The notes beneath the pieces were generated by a model that did not search any database, was not told the DNA's origin, and worked only from the letters and a program-made list of their open reading frames with translations. From Octopus sinensis (taxonomy: Eukaryota), in assembly GCF_006345805.1 (NCBI RefSeq), contig NC_043015.1, positions 15,376,001 to 15,440,000 on the forward strand: 64,000 nucleotides of DNA, in the 5' to 3' direction. The position numbers were made by a program, and so were the translations under genes. Shown here in pieces: positions 1-11,742 of this stretch (its first letter is position 1; every line of letters starts with the position of its first letter).

Positions 1-720
1 CAAGAAGGGGCTTAAACCATGTAATGTTTTCTATGTAACTTTCTTCTGCCAGTTTATTGTTTTAAGAGTAGTGGGGATAATCCTAGATTCAATCATTCTT
101 GTGCTTTCTTAGAATGTGCAATAAATACCATCTGACTTATTATATTTATATTCAATCTTTCAACTCCTAGTAGGTTGAGGCCTGATTCTTGATTTGTCTA
201 GATTTGGCACAGGCTTCACCATGTGACAAGTAATATTCCTAGTGATGCCTTTTATAGTAGTTAATGCTTCCAAGATGAGCTGAATACAACCCCCTATCCT
301 GTCATTAGGGTCATACTTTCTATACCTATGTTTGTGGAGAAATGTGTATCACCTAACTTAAAATTAGATGATAACATTTACATGAAGAAAAGAAAGGATG
401 TAAACCAGATCACATTGTGATGGCATTATCTTTTTTGGAGGGTTTGGTTTGGAGTGTATGTGATCTCTTTAAGTTTGCTTGCCACAAGAGCAGTATCATA
501 TCATGATAGTGGGGAGTGGACACAAAATCCTTCTGCTCATTCCTTTAATTAGTTTCTTAAATGCCATGGTTGGGCAGTAATAACATTTTCTCTTTTCTGA
601 AAAGCTTTACACAAAGAACTTCTGTAACAGTTATTGTTTTTTTAGCATTGTTCAACTTAACAACCCCATCTGTTAAATGCATGGCATTAGTACCTTTACA
701 CAAAAAAGTCTAACATAATT
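1..720 (-). mobile_element. Decayed Penelope-like element remnant (RT thumb/linker to GIY-YIG region)
   Basis: Minus-strand translation with stops gives VIWFTSFLFF...THFSTKHRYRK, resembling the PLE IWFNPP...HFPxxHxYRK linker also seen at 43.6-43.8 kb. Confidence 0.5.
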
Positions 721-763
721 TGTTGGTATGATATTCATTAATCTATCTGCTTGTCTGTCTGTA

Positions 764-766
<3 letters not shown>

Positions 767-859
<93 letters not shown>

Positions 860-935
860 CATCTATCCATCCATCCATCCATCCATCCATCCATCCATCC
901 ATCCATCCATCCAACCATCCATCCATCTATTTGTC
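767..935. repeat. Compound (ATCT)n-(ATCC)n microsatellite
   Basis: Direct reading; explains ORFs 728-961 and 751-981. Confidence 0.97.
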
Positions 936-1139
936 TTGTCTATTTATCTATCTCTTCATAGATATATGTGTGTGTGTGTAATCTGTATATATACTTAATG
1001 TAGTTACAAACTGTTGAACAGCAATAGAGACCAGTAGTGGCAGTGGCAAGTAGCATTCCTTAATCTGGGATTCTGGCTTTCTTTTAGCTTCCTCAGTAGT
1101 AAATATCCACTAGTACCAAATGCCAAGCAAACATATTTA

Positions 1140-1153
1140 TACACGCACACATA

Positions 1154-1194
<41 letters not shown>

Positions 1195-1218
1195 ACATAC
1201 ACACACACATGCATGCGT

Positions 1219-1252
<34 letters not shown>

Positions 1253-1300
1253 ACATACACACACACATGCATGCGTGCACACACACACACACACACACAA
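1140..1300. repeat. (CA)n microsatellite containing a duplicated higher-order unit
   Basis: caggtacatacacacacacatgcatgcgtgcacacac occurs twice within the CA tract. Confidence 0.9.
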
Positions 1301-2009
1301 ACATAATATGTGTATGTATACAGAATAGGTTGCCACTTAATAGTTTCCACCTACCAAATTCATACACACAGTATTAGTCAAAACAGTGCTGTAGTTGAAA
1401 ATAACTCAGTTTGTGGGGTGCAGTGGGACTGAACCCTAGGACCATGTGGCTACAAAGCAAATTTGTCAACCACATGTTTATATGGGGAATAAAATCATTT
1501 TCAGTAATAGGGAACCCAGTACAAAAATGTAGATTCTAATAGTTATATTCAAAAGCTGGACTGATCATTGATTGTACTGCATCTGAGAGTTTCATCATCC
1601 ATCAGGTAACCACGTAAATATTTTTTTATGCAGTGAATATTGGAATAATAATAAAGAAGAAAGTCAATTTTAAATAATCTTTGAATTATTACTGACGTGT
1701 CTATATTTACTCTTCTTTATAAAACTATATTAAAAATTTAAACTGCTAAAATAACATTTATGTATATATTTTCTTTTCATTTTTTTCATGTTGCATAACA
1801 TGCAATATATCCATAGTTTATGAAAGTGTTCAAAGGTAAGACATAAATGATTGTTAAACATTATAAGTTAAACCAAAGTCAGTTATTAATATCTTAAAAT
1901 ACATTTCTATTTTAGATATTTATCTTACTAAAATACAGTTATATTTTTGATATCAAGTTTTATGAAGCAAGACCAGCTATAAGTAAAGAGACTGCAACTT
2001 CCTCAAATC

Positions 2010-2950
2010 ATTACCACCTTGTGTGTATGCGTTTGTATGGTTTTTCTTTGAGATTAATTTAAGTTCTTCTTGAGAGAGTTCAAGCCCATCACTAACAAAG
2101 TGACAAGACTTTTTGAGTTAAGAGAGTTCCTGGTGTTTGTAGTTATGTGGTTGAGTATTTTTCTTCAGAACCATTACTTTTCTTTCATCACATGCTGATG
2201 GAGTGGTGCTGCTGGTTGCTACAGTCAGGAGACTGGGTGGCTACTCACTTATTTCCAAGATAAAGATGAGGTGATATCCAACATTACCAAAGCTGTGATT
2301 GATAGTGCTCTTGAAACTGGGGCTTTCTTTCTAATTTCCTTTCCTAGTTTTTCTGTTTCTTTGGAGGAAATAATCTCTCAAGTGATTTTTACTGTTACAT
2401 GTGTAACAATTAGGCCTTCTTCTCAGTACCATCAGTCTCATATCCTTTGCCTCACTGCCTTCAACTGTGTGCAGTCTTGATATGATCTTGTAGCCTTTGG
2501 AGGTCAATAGGTCTTGCAAATGACCCTGTTTCCTTAAACCAAATGGTCTCTTCATCAAATGTGTTTTAACTTCCTGTCTATACTGCAATACAAAAGTGAC
2601 AGATCCACACAATTTCCAGTGTCTCTTCTTGTCCTCCTTGTATTTCTTTTCCCCATATACAAGTGTATGGGTGGAGGTATATCAAGTTATTTCAGTCTAT
2701 ATTTCTGGTTGAATCTTTGTTCTTGAAAGTGCAGCAGACCAATACCATAACCCTCTCCAGTTTTGATTGAGAGAATTTCTCCTTGAAATTTCTTACTGAG
2801 TCTATTCTAACTCCTGTTTTAACCATTTAAAACATAGGTGTAGTATTTTTTCTCTTCAATCTCTCCTGGATTAGAGTCTACAGTAAAGAGATACTTGACA
2901 AAATTCTCCAAATTAATTCTTCTTTTTCTCTTGGAATTTGTGTTAAATCT
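2010..2950 (-). mobile_element. Decayed Tx1/L1-like ORF1 remnant
   Basis: RRPNCYTCNSKNHL (degenerate zinc knuckle); LYMGKRNTR resembles SYCGKRVVR in the 7732 ORF; frameshifted. Confidence 0.5.
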
Positions 2951-5182
2951 AAAACTCCTTTCTTATTCTTAAAATTCTTAAAAATGTAAGAAACACAAAT
3001 AATTACAAGGAATAAATGGAAAAAAAAAGTGTAATCAACCATGCAGTAATTAAAACTAGATAATATATGTAACGTTTTTAATTTTCACTGCCCAGATTAC
3101 ATCTTTTTATGTATCAGCTCTACAGCTATGTATTACTTAATGCTAGTAATTCCAGCATCTTCTTTGATCAGTTTGAGCAAAGAAGAGCCTAAAAGTCTGT
3201 AATATACTGTACAAATGGCTCCCAGTTTCTTCTCACAATTTCTCTAATTTCATTTGTTATCTCTACCGTACGCCAAATGTTTTCAATCATTGTTAGCTTC
3301 TACATATCTTACATCTTGCTTTAAAGATATCCTACTTCACATTTCCTCAAAGTGGTTATCCTTATTGACTTCTATGTACTCAGCTTCACTGGATTATCAC
3401 ACTTCTACCACTATGCTGCTACTGCAGAAACTGAAACAATGTTTGCTTTCTGAAGTATTTACATATTAGTATTTACTGTTAGTATTTACATATTCTTGCA
3501 TCCCTAACAGTTTTGCCAATCCAACTAGGCACTTCAGAGAGAGCTTATATCTCCCTCAGAATTCTTTAGTCTCTTCTGAAACATTTCCCAATTTTTTTAT
3601 CATTCAGTAAGTTCCTCTGCTATGTAACTCTCTAGAGGTCTCTTGCCTTTGGGAAATTTGGTGGCATTGGCATCAACAAAACCTGTAACTATATCAGGTA
3701 TAAAAACACTCTGGACTAAGACATTTTCTCAGCTTGCATTTTTATCATTTTGGCTCAGAAACCTTCTTGCTTCTTGTCAAACTATAACTTTGCAACATGT
3801 TACGTCAGTAAGGTCTTCAATTCACATTTTATCAACTGAAGGTTCAGCCACATCAGTCAGTTTCTCCTTCAGCACAATAACCACATGAAGACAATCTTTT
3901 ACTCTGTCTTCACTTCTGCTTCTATACTCCTAAACATGTAAAGCTAAGCATATACTGCTTCCATAAATGGAGAATTTTAAAACATTATTAAAGTTTGTAT
4001 GGATGGATGGTGGGGAGGCATGATATTCCAGCTTGGTTCAGTAATACAAACACTCAATCTCAATTCATATCCAAGAAACAAATGTATATCTCCCCTTCCA
4101 AAATCAAGAACATTTCATACTTAGACCTAACAAAGCCTCTATAAAAGCTTGGCCTAGCAATCTCTCACAACCTCCTGCAATTTGGGACTGATTGGCAAGT
4201 ATTCACTCACCAACATCCTCCAATTTCTAGCTTAGAGATATGCTGTTCTTACTTTCATCTCTACCTCTTCTTTTGTTACTACAACTGTCCCTGCTCTTCT
4301 GAACAAATGTCTGCATACCTCTACCTAGGGCTGTTGGTGCCCTGGGCAAGCTGAACTTTGGCATGTACAAGCTCACAGTCATGGAAATTCCCTTGTCTTT
4401 GTTACACCCTCCTTGGCACCCCCTAGCACATGGCACTCCAGTACCTTGAGCCTGCCCTGCCTCAGGCCACTTAATCTTCCCATCTTTCATCCCCCTTTTT
4501 TTTTCAACCTTACAGTGCCTCACCACCTGCTAAACATTTTGTCTAGTTCTTCTTCCTCATGTTGAAACCCCTTGGAATTCACACAACATATGATTTTTCT
4601 GCAGGGACCAACCTACATATATTCAGGTTGAACATCAACCACATCAATCTCACAAAGGACGATGCGTTTGTGCAGTTGCTCAACCTGCTTAAAATAGCAT
4701 CAAAATCTCCCTCAAATCTCACTCTACAATCATAAAAACAGGAATGGCACATTAGTTTTTATGCCTGGGTTTAATTATTCTACAATGTTTTCTGGTTATG
4801 TCAATAATCTGATTGATTTGCTTCCCAATTTAAAGTATACCTAATGCCAAAAACTATAAGTCACACCCACATAAATCTTCTACATTTGTTTTTTATCTGC
4901 ATAGAAACTAGCTGACACATTTATACATTTCACATTTTATACAAAAATCACTGACATCTCTTCTAGCAGAGATGTGTAGGTGCAATTTTTTCTTAACCCT
5001 TTCATTCAATCAACTTTGATTCAGAATTCAGAATCTGAAAAGAGGAAAGTTGTTACTTTTTGATGTGTAGAGATGAGATTGCTTCTTTCACATACTAAAA
5101 CTCAATACTAAACTTACATTTATTTTAAACACAAAACTGAATTTTTACAATAATAACAATAAAAATGAAATACACTCCTTAC

Positions 5183-5373
5183 CAAGCGTAAAGTAAGTAC
5201 TAGACATGGGGATTGGTTTTCACTTGGGTTGTATCCAAAAGTATTTCCCTTGACACATAGATCCCCAGCCCTTTTAAGGGGAAATCGGCACACTTTATCC
5301 ACAAATGGACTGCATGTCATTAAACCATGGCATTTTATAAACTTGTCAGTTGCTTGTTTCTCCTCCTTGTAAG
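5183..5373 (-). CDS. Internal exon of a Na+/K+-ATPase beta-subunit-like gene (191 nt, phase 1 to phase 0)
   Basis: Acceptor ttttcttttcttttgtAG, donor GTaagg; only one frame is open: (A)YKEEKQATDKFIKCHGLMTCSPFVDKVCRFPLKRAGDLCVKGNTFGYNPSENQSPCLVLTLRL, matching the beta-subunit C..CRF..C..FGY..PC pattern. Confidence 0.8.
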
Positions 5374-6609
5374 CTACAAAAGAAAAGAAAATTAATATAT
5401 ATTGGAAAAAATTCCTTCATCTCCAGAACAAAGTGCATTATTGATTAAATCTTTTGATAGCAACCAGTCTGTGGCTGTTGCGGCCATATAACAGCAACTC
5501 TCTCATTTGATAATGTTCATATTTAAATCAAAACTTTCCATCATAATTTTATGTAAAAATCTTTTAAGATATATTCCAACTCCCATGTTTAGATACATTC
5601 TAAATCCCTCCAAATTTTTGATTATTTTCAAACTCAATAGAAAATAGAAATAATACATTTCATTAGAAATATGGTCATGAACTCAAGATATAGAAGTAGA
5701 TTAGATGAACTGACACTACTGAAACACTTAACAATTAGTCTTACTGATTAGTAATGTAGTAATCTAGTTAGACTGATTTAATTAAGAGTTGTCAAATCCA
5801 TGAAGTTGTAAAAATTAGTTCTTTACAGAACATTTTTAGATAGAGTATTTTTAGATAGAGTCCGGCATACAAATTTAGGGATACATTCAAACATGATGGT
5901 CATCTGCTCCTTCAGAGCTTGACCTGTTCTTGTAGCTATAATTGCTTGAATTCATTGGTGGAGGATTCGCTGGTCACAGAGTGAGGCGACTGTTGTTGTC
6001 GCTAGTTCTAATTCATTGTAAAGCAAATACCACCATGAGTGATATCCAAACTACAGTGGGGGAAGGCAAGTCACTGGATTTGGTTAAAAAGAAATGATGA
6101 GCAATGATTAGAAGAATATTGAGCAAAACCTAATAACCAGTTGATCTAGCAAGTGGGACTTCATTTCAGTGAGGTGGGCTGGTGTGCAATGATGTTGAGA
6201 AAAAGGCCCCAAAATGGTGCGCATTCTCCCCTGATGACCCTATAAACTTGCTAGCATCCAGTGTCTAGAGCTCTCAACTGGTAGCACTTCCATCTGCAAA
6301 TATTTTCCCAAAAATCTGAAATGGCTTTTGAATCCTGATAAATGGCAGCAATGTCTCAGTTTCAACATTGGCTCCTTTTTCTGCTTGTTTATTGAGAATG
6401 TTTAAATTGCACTTCAATCCTCCATGTGACTTGCAGGTTTTACAATAGACATTACATTAAAACTAGTTATCAGCAATGAAATTCCAATAGTTCATGTATG
6501 CCTTACCCACATGGTCATACTGGTGTGATATCAAACCAGCGTGAGATATGCATACTTTTGTGCATAAAGAACATTTAAAGAATGAATGAGAAACTCATAC
6601 ATACATACA

Positions 6610-6678
<69 letters not shown>

Positions 6679-6962
6679 CATACATACATATATGCATACA
6701 CACATATGTATTGTGTGCGTGAGAGGGAGAGAGAGAAAGATATGAAGAGAAGAAACATTCATATTAAGATGGTAGAAATCTTTTCTTTCACTTTAAAAAA
6801 GAAACAAGTCTATGCAAAATACTACACAGATCTTTAATTATTTTGTTATGGTTATGAATAAGCCATTCAGAAATTTAGTTTTGTTGCTTTTTTCCTTCTT
6901 TTGGAAGCTGAAATAAACAAATAATAGAAGGCAGAAATTCTAAAATAGTAAAATGAACTGAC

Positions 6963-7064
6963 CTTCCAGGAATTCATCGAGTTGAGTCATGTAGTTTTCT
7001 ATTGATTCATCACTCTCCTTAAGGTGTATTAATCCTCCAACTGGCTTTGGATGGGCAAATAAAC
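6963..7064 (-). CDS. Internal exon of a Na+/K+-ATPase beta-subunit-like gene (102 nt, phase 1 to phase 1)
   Basis: Acceptor ttttttttctgtAG, donor GTcagt; (G)LFAHPKPVGGLIHLKESDESIENYMTQLDEFLE(A) matches the PGL..P...LDxFLxxY segment; joins in frame to the 5373 exon. Confidence 0.8.
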
Positions 7065-7155
7065 CTACAGAAAAAAAAACATTAAGAGTTTCAATGAAAA
7101 TAAAATATCATACATATATAAATAAATATATATATATACATATGTGTGTGTGCGC

Positions 7156-7198
<43 letters not shown>

Positions 7199-7200
<2 letters not shown>

Positions 7201-7550
7201 AAATCTCTGAACGAGGTATAAACAGTAGCTGCATGACAATGTGAAGTATATTTGCCATCTAAATATGGCTAACCACTAAGGGTGGATGTTACTGTAGCTT
7301 GTAGCACTAGGAGAACATCTCCAGCTGGTTATTGACACACTTTCTGTGCCCTATCGGTATTTGCAAAGGGAGGTCATCCTTCCCTCGTCAACCTAAGTGA
7401 TACGCACAGATAGTGTGTCAATAGCCAGCTGAAGAAGATGTTCTCTTGGAACTACAGTAACATCCACCCTTAGTGGTTAACCATATTTAGATGGCAAATA
7501 TACTTCACATTGTTGTGCAGTTACTGTCTATACCTCGTTCAGAGATTTAT
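7199..7550. mobile_element. Foldback: full unit on the minus strand plus an inverted 5'-truncated copy (PLE-type insertion geometry)
   Basis: Arms 7199-7341 and 7412-7550 are reverse complements; 7199-7410 is the reverse complement of the unit beginning at 9308-9310. Confidence 0.85.
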
Positions 7551-7656
7551 TATTGCTTGTATACACTTTTTCAAGATCAGTGATGAAAAGTCACTGGAAA
7601 AAGGATATATGTATTTGCATTGGGACCCTTCCATCATAAACCGGTGATTGTCGTGC

Positions 7657-9261
7657 ACGAAAGTGTTTGTGTCGGTTTTTCGGATTTGTGGTTGTGAGTT
7701 GAATTTTTTTGATTATTGTTGTTGAAAACTGTTGCGTCGTGTTGAATTGTTGAATTCTTTGTTGGGTATGCAAGCCCAGACTTATGCGGGAGCAGCAGGC
7801 AAAAGCCTGGCTGCAAACGAATTACAGTTAAAAGAAATAATTATCGAGAAAGAAAATCTGAGGAAATACTACGACAGCTTCAAGAAGGAAGGAGACTGTC
7901 TGAGGGTTACAGCACCTGAAGATGAAGTGAAAAAAGCGGAGAAAAAATCTATAACATACAGAACATGGAATGTGATCTCAAAAAGAATAGAAGTAGCAGA
8001 AGTAGAAGAGATTGAAAAATATCTACAAGAAATTAAAGGAAGAACTACCTTCTACAATAGAGGTAGAAAATACACTACGGTAGACGTTCGCTTCGAAAAT
8101 GAAGATGAAGTGAAAAGGAACGCAACGACAGTGTTGAGATCTGAAAAATGGGTTTTACTCCCTAGTTATTGTGGAAAAAGAGTGGTGAGGATACGAATAA
8201 GCAAAATCCCACTGGAACTTGATACCGAAAGAATAGTAGCTGCAATAATCTACAACTGCAAGGAGAACGTGGACATACTTAAGGTGGAAAATTCGAATGA
8301 AATAAACTAGTGGGGTTATGCAGTGGAAGCTTTAGTCCACATAACCATGCCAGATTTGTATAACATCCCGGAGGAGTTGGTGTTCCTCAATGAGACACCA
8401 CTGAGAGTTGTGGTGGAGGGGAGACCTCCAGTGTTTTATAAATGTAAGAGCAGAGGGCACATGGAGGATGTGTGTCCTCAAGGAGAAATACAAGAGAAGA
8501 AGATAACACTGGAGGAAGCAATAAGAGCTTTGACAGAGGATTTAGGAGATAATATGGAAAGTGACGACGAGTTAGTGAAGGAGAAAGAAGAGGAAAGAAC
8601 AGAAGAAAAAGAGGATAGAAAGTTAATACGGGTGGAATTACCACCCAAAACCAAAAAAAGAAAAAAACTAAAAAGAAGTATGCTGACGAGTAGAGGATCG
8701 AACACACAAAGGGAGAGATACAGCAACTAAAGTGAGTGAAGGTTCAAGGCGAGAGAAATGGGAAAAATGGTCAGCAAAAGTGGAAGAATGTCTGAAAGTA
8801 TGCAAGGAAGGAGGAAGACCAAAAGGAAAGAATCTCAGAGCTGTAATATTGTACACAGAAGATAAAGAAATTGAGAAAAAATTAGCGATAATGAAAAATC
8901 AAACGAGAGTGAAATTGAACCCGAGGATATAAGCTAAGCAAATAAAGGCTGTAATAATGGAAAAAGAGACGGTAAATAAATTAATAAATTTGTTTTCAGA
9001 TACAGCTGTAACCATAGCGCATTATGTTCGATATGACAGTTTGCCCGGAGTTATAGAGCAAGATGAATTACTCATTTACATTACTGACGAACACCCCAGA
9101 TAGTATAACCATAATTGTAAATGAAACTGCGAGCTTTGGGGGGGGGCTTGTAAGCCATTTCATTTAATTCATTGTTAATATTTCATTTCATATCATCCTT
9201 TCTGTATTTTTGTTATATGTACCCTCTTCAGTCAGGCCATTGTGCCTATAATAAAGAGAAA
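7657..9261 (+). mobile_element. Tx1/L1-like ORF1-only (HAL1-like or internally deleted) non-LTR element with 14-bp TSD
   Basis: Flanking direct repeats ggtgattgtcgtgc (7643-7656) and ggtgattgtcatgc (9262-9275); ORF1-like protein; 3' end AATAAAgagaaa; no recognisable RT. Confidence 0.7.
7732..8932 (+). pseudogene. Disrupted ORF1 (RRM-like region, zinc knuckle, acidic/basic tail)
   Basis: ORFs 7732-8310 and 8323-8730 share a frame and are split by one TAG; frameshift to 8732-8932; RPPVFYKCKSRGHMEDVC is a CX2CX4HX4C knuckle lacking the first Cys. Confidence 0.7.
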
Positions 9262-9270
9262 GGTGATTGT

Positions 9271-9315
9271 CATGCGCTGATGACGGGTCAATACCCAGAA
9301 ACTGAAGTCTGTGTG
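9271..9315 (+). ncRNA. Type I minimal hammerhead ribozyme motif
   Basis: catgcg-CTGATGA(9277-9283)-cGGGTcaatACCCa-GAAA(9298-9301)-c-tgaa-g-TC-tgtgtg; stem I with G-U wobbles; predicted cleavage after GUC 9309. Confidence 0.7.
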
Positions 9316-9474
9316 TATCACTTAGGTTGACGAGGGAAGGATGACCTCCCTTTGCAAATACTGATAGGGCACAGAAAGTGTGTCAATAGCCAGCTGGAGA
9401 AGATGTTCTCCTGGGGCTACAAGCTACAGTAACATCCACCCTTAGTGGTTAGTCATATTTAGATGGCAAATATA
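9310..9474 (+). mobile_element. Direct copy of the hammerhead-associated unit, ending in (TA)n
   Basis: Matches the reverse complement of about 7245-7408 and the direct arm 7412-7500. Confidence 0.85.
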
Positions 9475-9491
9475 TATATATATAATATAAT

Positions 9492-9688
9492 GTAACCATG
9501 TGTGTATTGTTGGCAATTTTCTTCCTCTGTCTTCCCTTCCTTTGGTCTTTCCTTGATTTCTGAAGAAGCGCTTTGCTTGAAACGTTAAATCCTCTTTCCT
9601 TCCTTTCCTGAGTGTCCAATAATACAGTACTTGTACCATGTCCTCGCGTTATTGTTTTTCTTGTTTGTTCTTCTTTGTTTGGATTCAC
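9492..9688 (+). mobile_element. Second hammerhead-bearing short repeat family, flanked by (TA)-rich tracts
   Basis: Similar to 32290-32460 (+) and 40620-40790 (-); shared cctgagtgtcc/tgtaccatgtcctcgc tail in the 32.3 kb copy. Confidence 0.6.
9555..9591 (+). ncRNA. Minimal hammerhead motif with ACGU palindromic stem III (dimer type)
   Basis: gattt-CTGAAGA-agcgctttgctt-GAAA-CG-TT-aaatc; perfect 5-bp stem I gattt/aaatc. Confidence 0.6.
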
Positions 9689-9709
9689 TATATATAATAT
9701 ATATATACA

Positions 9710-10271
9710 GGCACAGGAGTGGCTGTGCAGTAAGTAGCTTGCTTACCAACTACATGGTTCCAGGTTCAGTCCCACTGCATGAAACCTTGGGCAAATGTCT
9801 TCTATAGCCTTGGGCCGACCAAAGCCTTGTGAGTGGATTTGGTAGGCGGAAACTGAAAGAAGCCTGTCATGTGTATATATATATATATCTCTCTATATAT
9901 AAACGGCAGTTTGTCTGTGCGTGTTTCTGTGTGTCTGTTTGCTTGTACCCTCACCCTGACCACGGCTTTCAACCGATTCTGATGAAACTTGACACACACA
10001 TAGCCCAATGTCATAATTCAAAACTAACGCAGCGAAAATTTTGAAAAGTTCCTCCAGTTCTGAAAAAGAACGATAAATTCGACATGGGGTCGAGAATCAG
10101 AAACACGAACCACAAACTGTCTAGGGGACGCAACTTCACCTTTTTTATATCTCAAAAAAAATTTACCATCATTTTTTTCCATTTTTTTGCTATTTTTTGG
10201 CTATAACTCTCTAAAAATGCTTTATAGTTATTTCCCTTACAAACCTGAGCAACGCCGGGTGATACTGCTAG

Positions 10272-10319
<48 letters not shown>

Positions 10320-10497
10320 AATGTGTTTGTCCCCCACAACCGTTGCTTGAAAACCATTATTGGTGTGTTTATGTCCCCATAACTTAGTGGTCCGGCTAAG
10401 TACTAGAATAAGTACTAGGTTTCCAAAGAATAAATCCTGGGGTCGACTAAAGGTGGTGCTCCAGTATGGGTACAGTCAAATTACCGAAACAAATAAA
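9710..10497 (+). mobile_element. tRNA-derived SINE (family A), interrupted by a Helitron-like element
   Basis: Head ggcacaggagtggctgtg...ggttcagtccc; body resumes after 10272; same family as 10535-10936. Confidence 0.8.
9892..10271 (+). mobile_element. Non-autonomous Helitron-like element
   Basis: 5' TCtatatata; subterminal hairpin cctgagcaacgccggg (10244-10259); 3' CTAG followed by T; no TSD. Confidence 0.75.
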
Positions 10498-10534
10498 ATA
10501 AAAAATAAAAGAAGAAATATGTATATAATATATA

Positions 10535-10936
10535 GGCGCAGGAGTGGCTGTGTGGTAGGTAGCTTGTTTACCAACCACATAGTTCCAGGTTCAATCCCAC
10601 TGCATGGCACCTTGGGCATGTGTCTTCTACTATAGCCTCGGGCCGACCAAAGCCTTGTGAGTGGATTTGGTAGACGGAAACTGAAAGAAGCCCGTTGTAT
10701 ATATGTATTTATATATATGCGTGTGTGTGTGTTTGTGTCTGTGTTTGTCCTCCTAGCATTGCTTGACAACCGATGCTGGTGTGTTTATGTCCCCGTTACT
10801 TAGCGGTTCGGCAAAAGAGACCGATAGAATAAGTATTGGGCTTGCAAAAGAATAAGTCCTAGGGGTCGAGTTGCTCGATTAAAGGCGGTGCTCCAGCATG
10901 GCCGCAGTCAAATGACTGAAACAAGTAAAAGAATAA
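10535..10936 (+). mobile_element. Full-length tRNA-derived SINE (family A)
   Basis: A/B-box-like head, internal (TA)/(TG) spacer, tail gactgaaacaagtaaaagaataaaa. Confidence 0.85.
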
Positions 10937-10945
10937 AAAAAGAAA

Positions 10946-10986
<41 letters not shown>

Positions 10987-11362
10987 CCATACATACTTGA
11001 TGTACACAGCTTGTGTGTTTGCAGATAGGTTGTGATTAGGCATGTTGGAGATTACTTCCTCAAAGTGCCTGGTATTAAAACACTTGGAAATCATGGACAG
11101 ACAAGATAACTCATCCTAAATCCCATTCAGCAGTGATGGACATTGATGTTTTGCCATTTTTGTGGCTTATCAACATCACTTATCAAAACCAAAATAGAAG
11201 TCAATTGCAAAACCAGTCTATGGCTTATATGCATACTGTGTGAAATCTATGTGCTGGTACGCCCCAACAATGCATACATCATAAGAATAAATTTAAATAT
11301 GAAATAGAAGCAGTGCAAGAGTGATAAACATTATTGACCACATATACTTAACATATACTTAG

Positions 11363-11742
11363 GGAGGCGCAATGTCCCAGTGGTTAGGGCAGCAGACTCA
11401 TGGTTGGAGGATCGTGGTTTCGATTCCCAGACCGGGCATTGTGTGTGTTTATTGAGCGAAAATACCTAAAGCTCCATGAGGCTCCGGCAGGGGGTGCTGG
11501 TGAACCCTGCTGTACTCTTTCACCACAACTTTCTCTCACTCTTTCTTCCTGTTTCTGTTGTACCTGTATTTCAAAGGGCCAGCCTGGTCATGCTCTGTGT
11601 CATGCTGAATCTCCTCGAGAACTACGTTAAGGGTACATGTGTCTGTGGAGTGCTCAGCCACTTGCACGTTAATTTCATGATCAAGCTGTTCCATTGATCA
11701 GATCAACTGGAACACTCGTCGTCGTAACCGACGGAGTGCCAC
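11363..11742 (+). mobile_element. tRNA-derived SINE (family C)
   Basis: ggcgcaatgtcccagtggttagggc (A box), ggtttcgattccc (B box); body shared with 37100-37830. Confidence 0.75.

Noticed and set aside
3100-4560. Possible decayed LINE or LTR coding fragments on the minus strand
   Set aside because: Only vague motif resemblance with many stops; family cannot be supported.
5850-6480. Possible Gypsy integrase remnant (GHQGRMRT)
   Set aside because: A single short motif; insufficient without a search.
11363-11440. tRNA gene
   Set aside because: A/B boxes are present, but there is no acceptor stem and it continues into a repeated SINE body.
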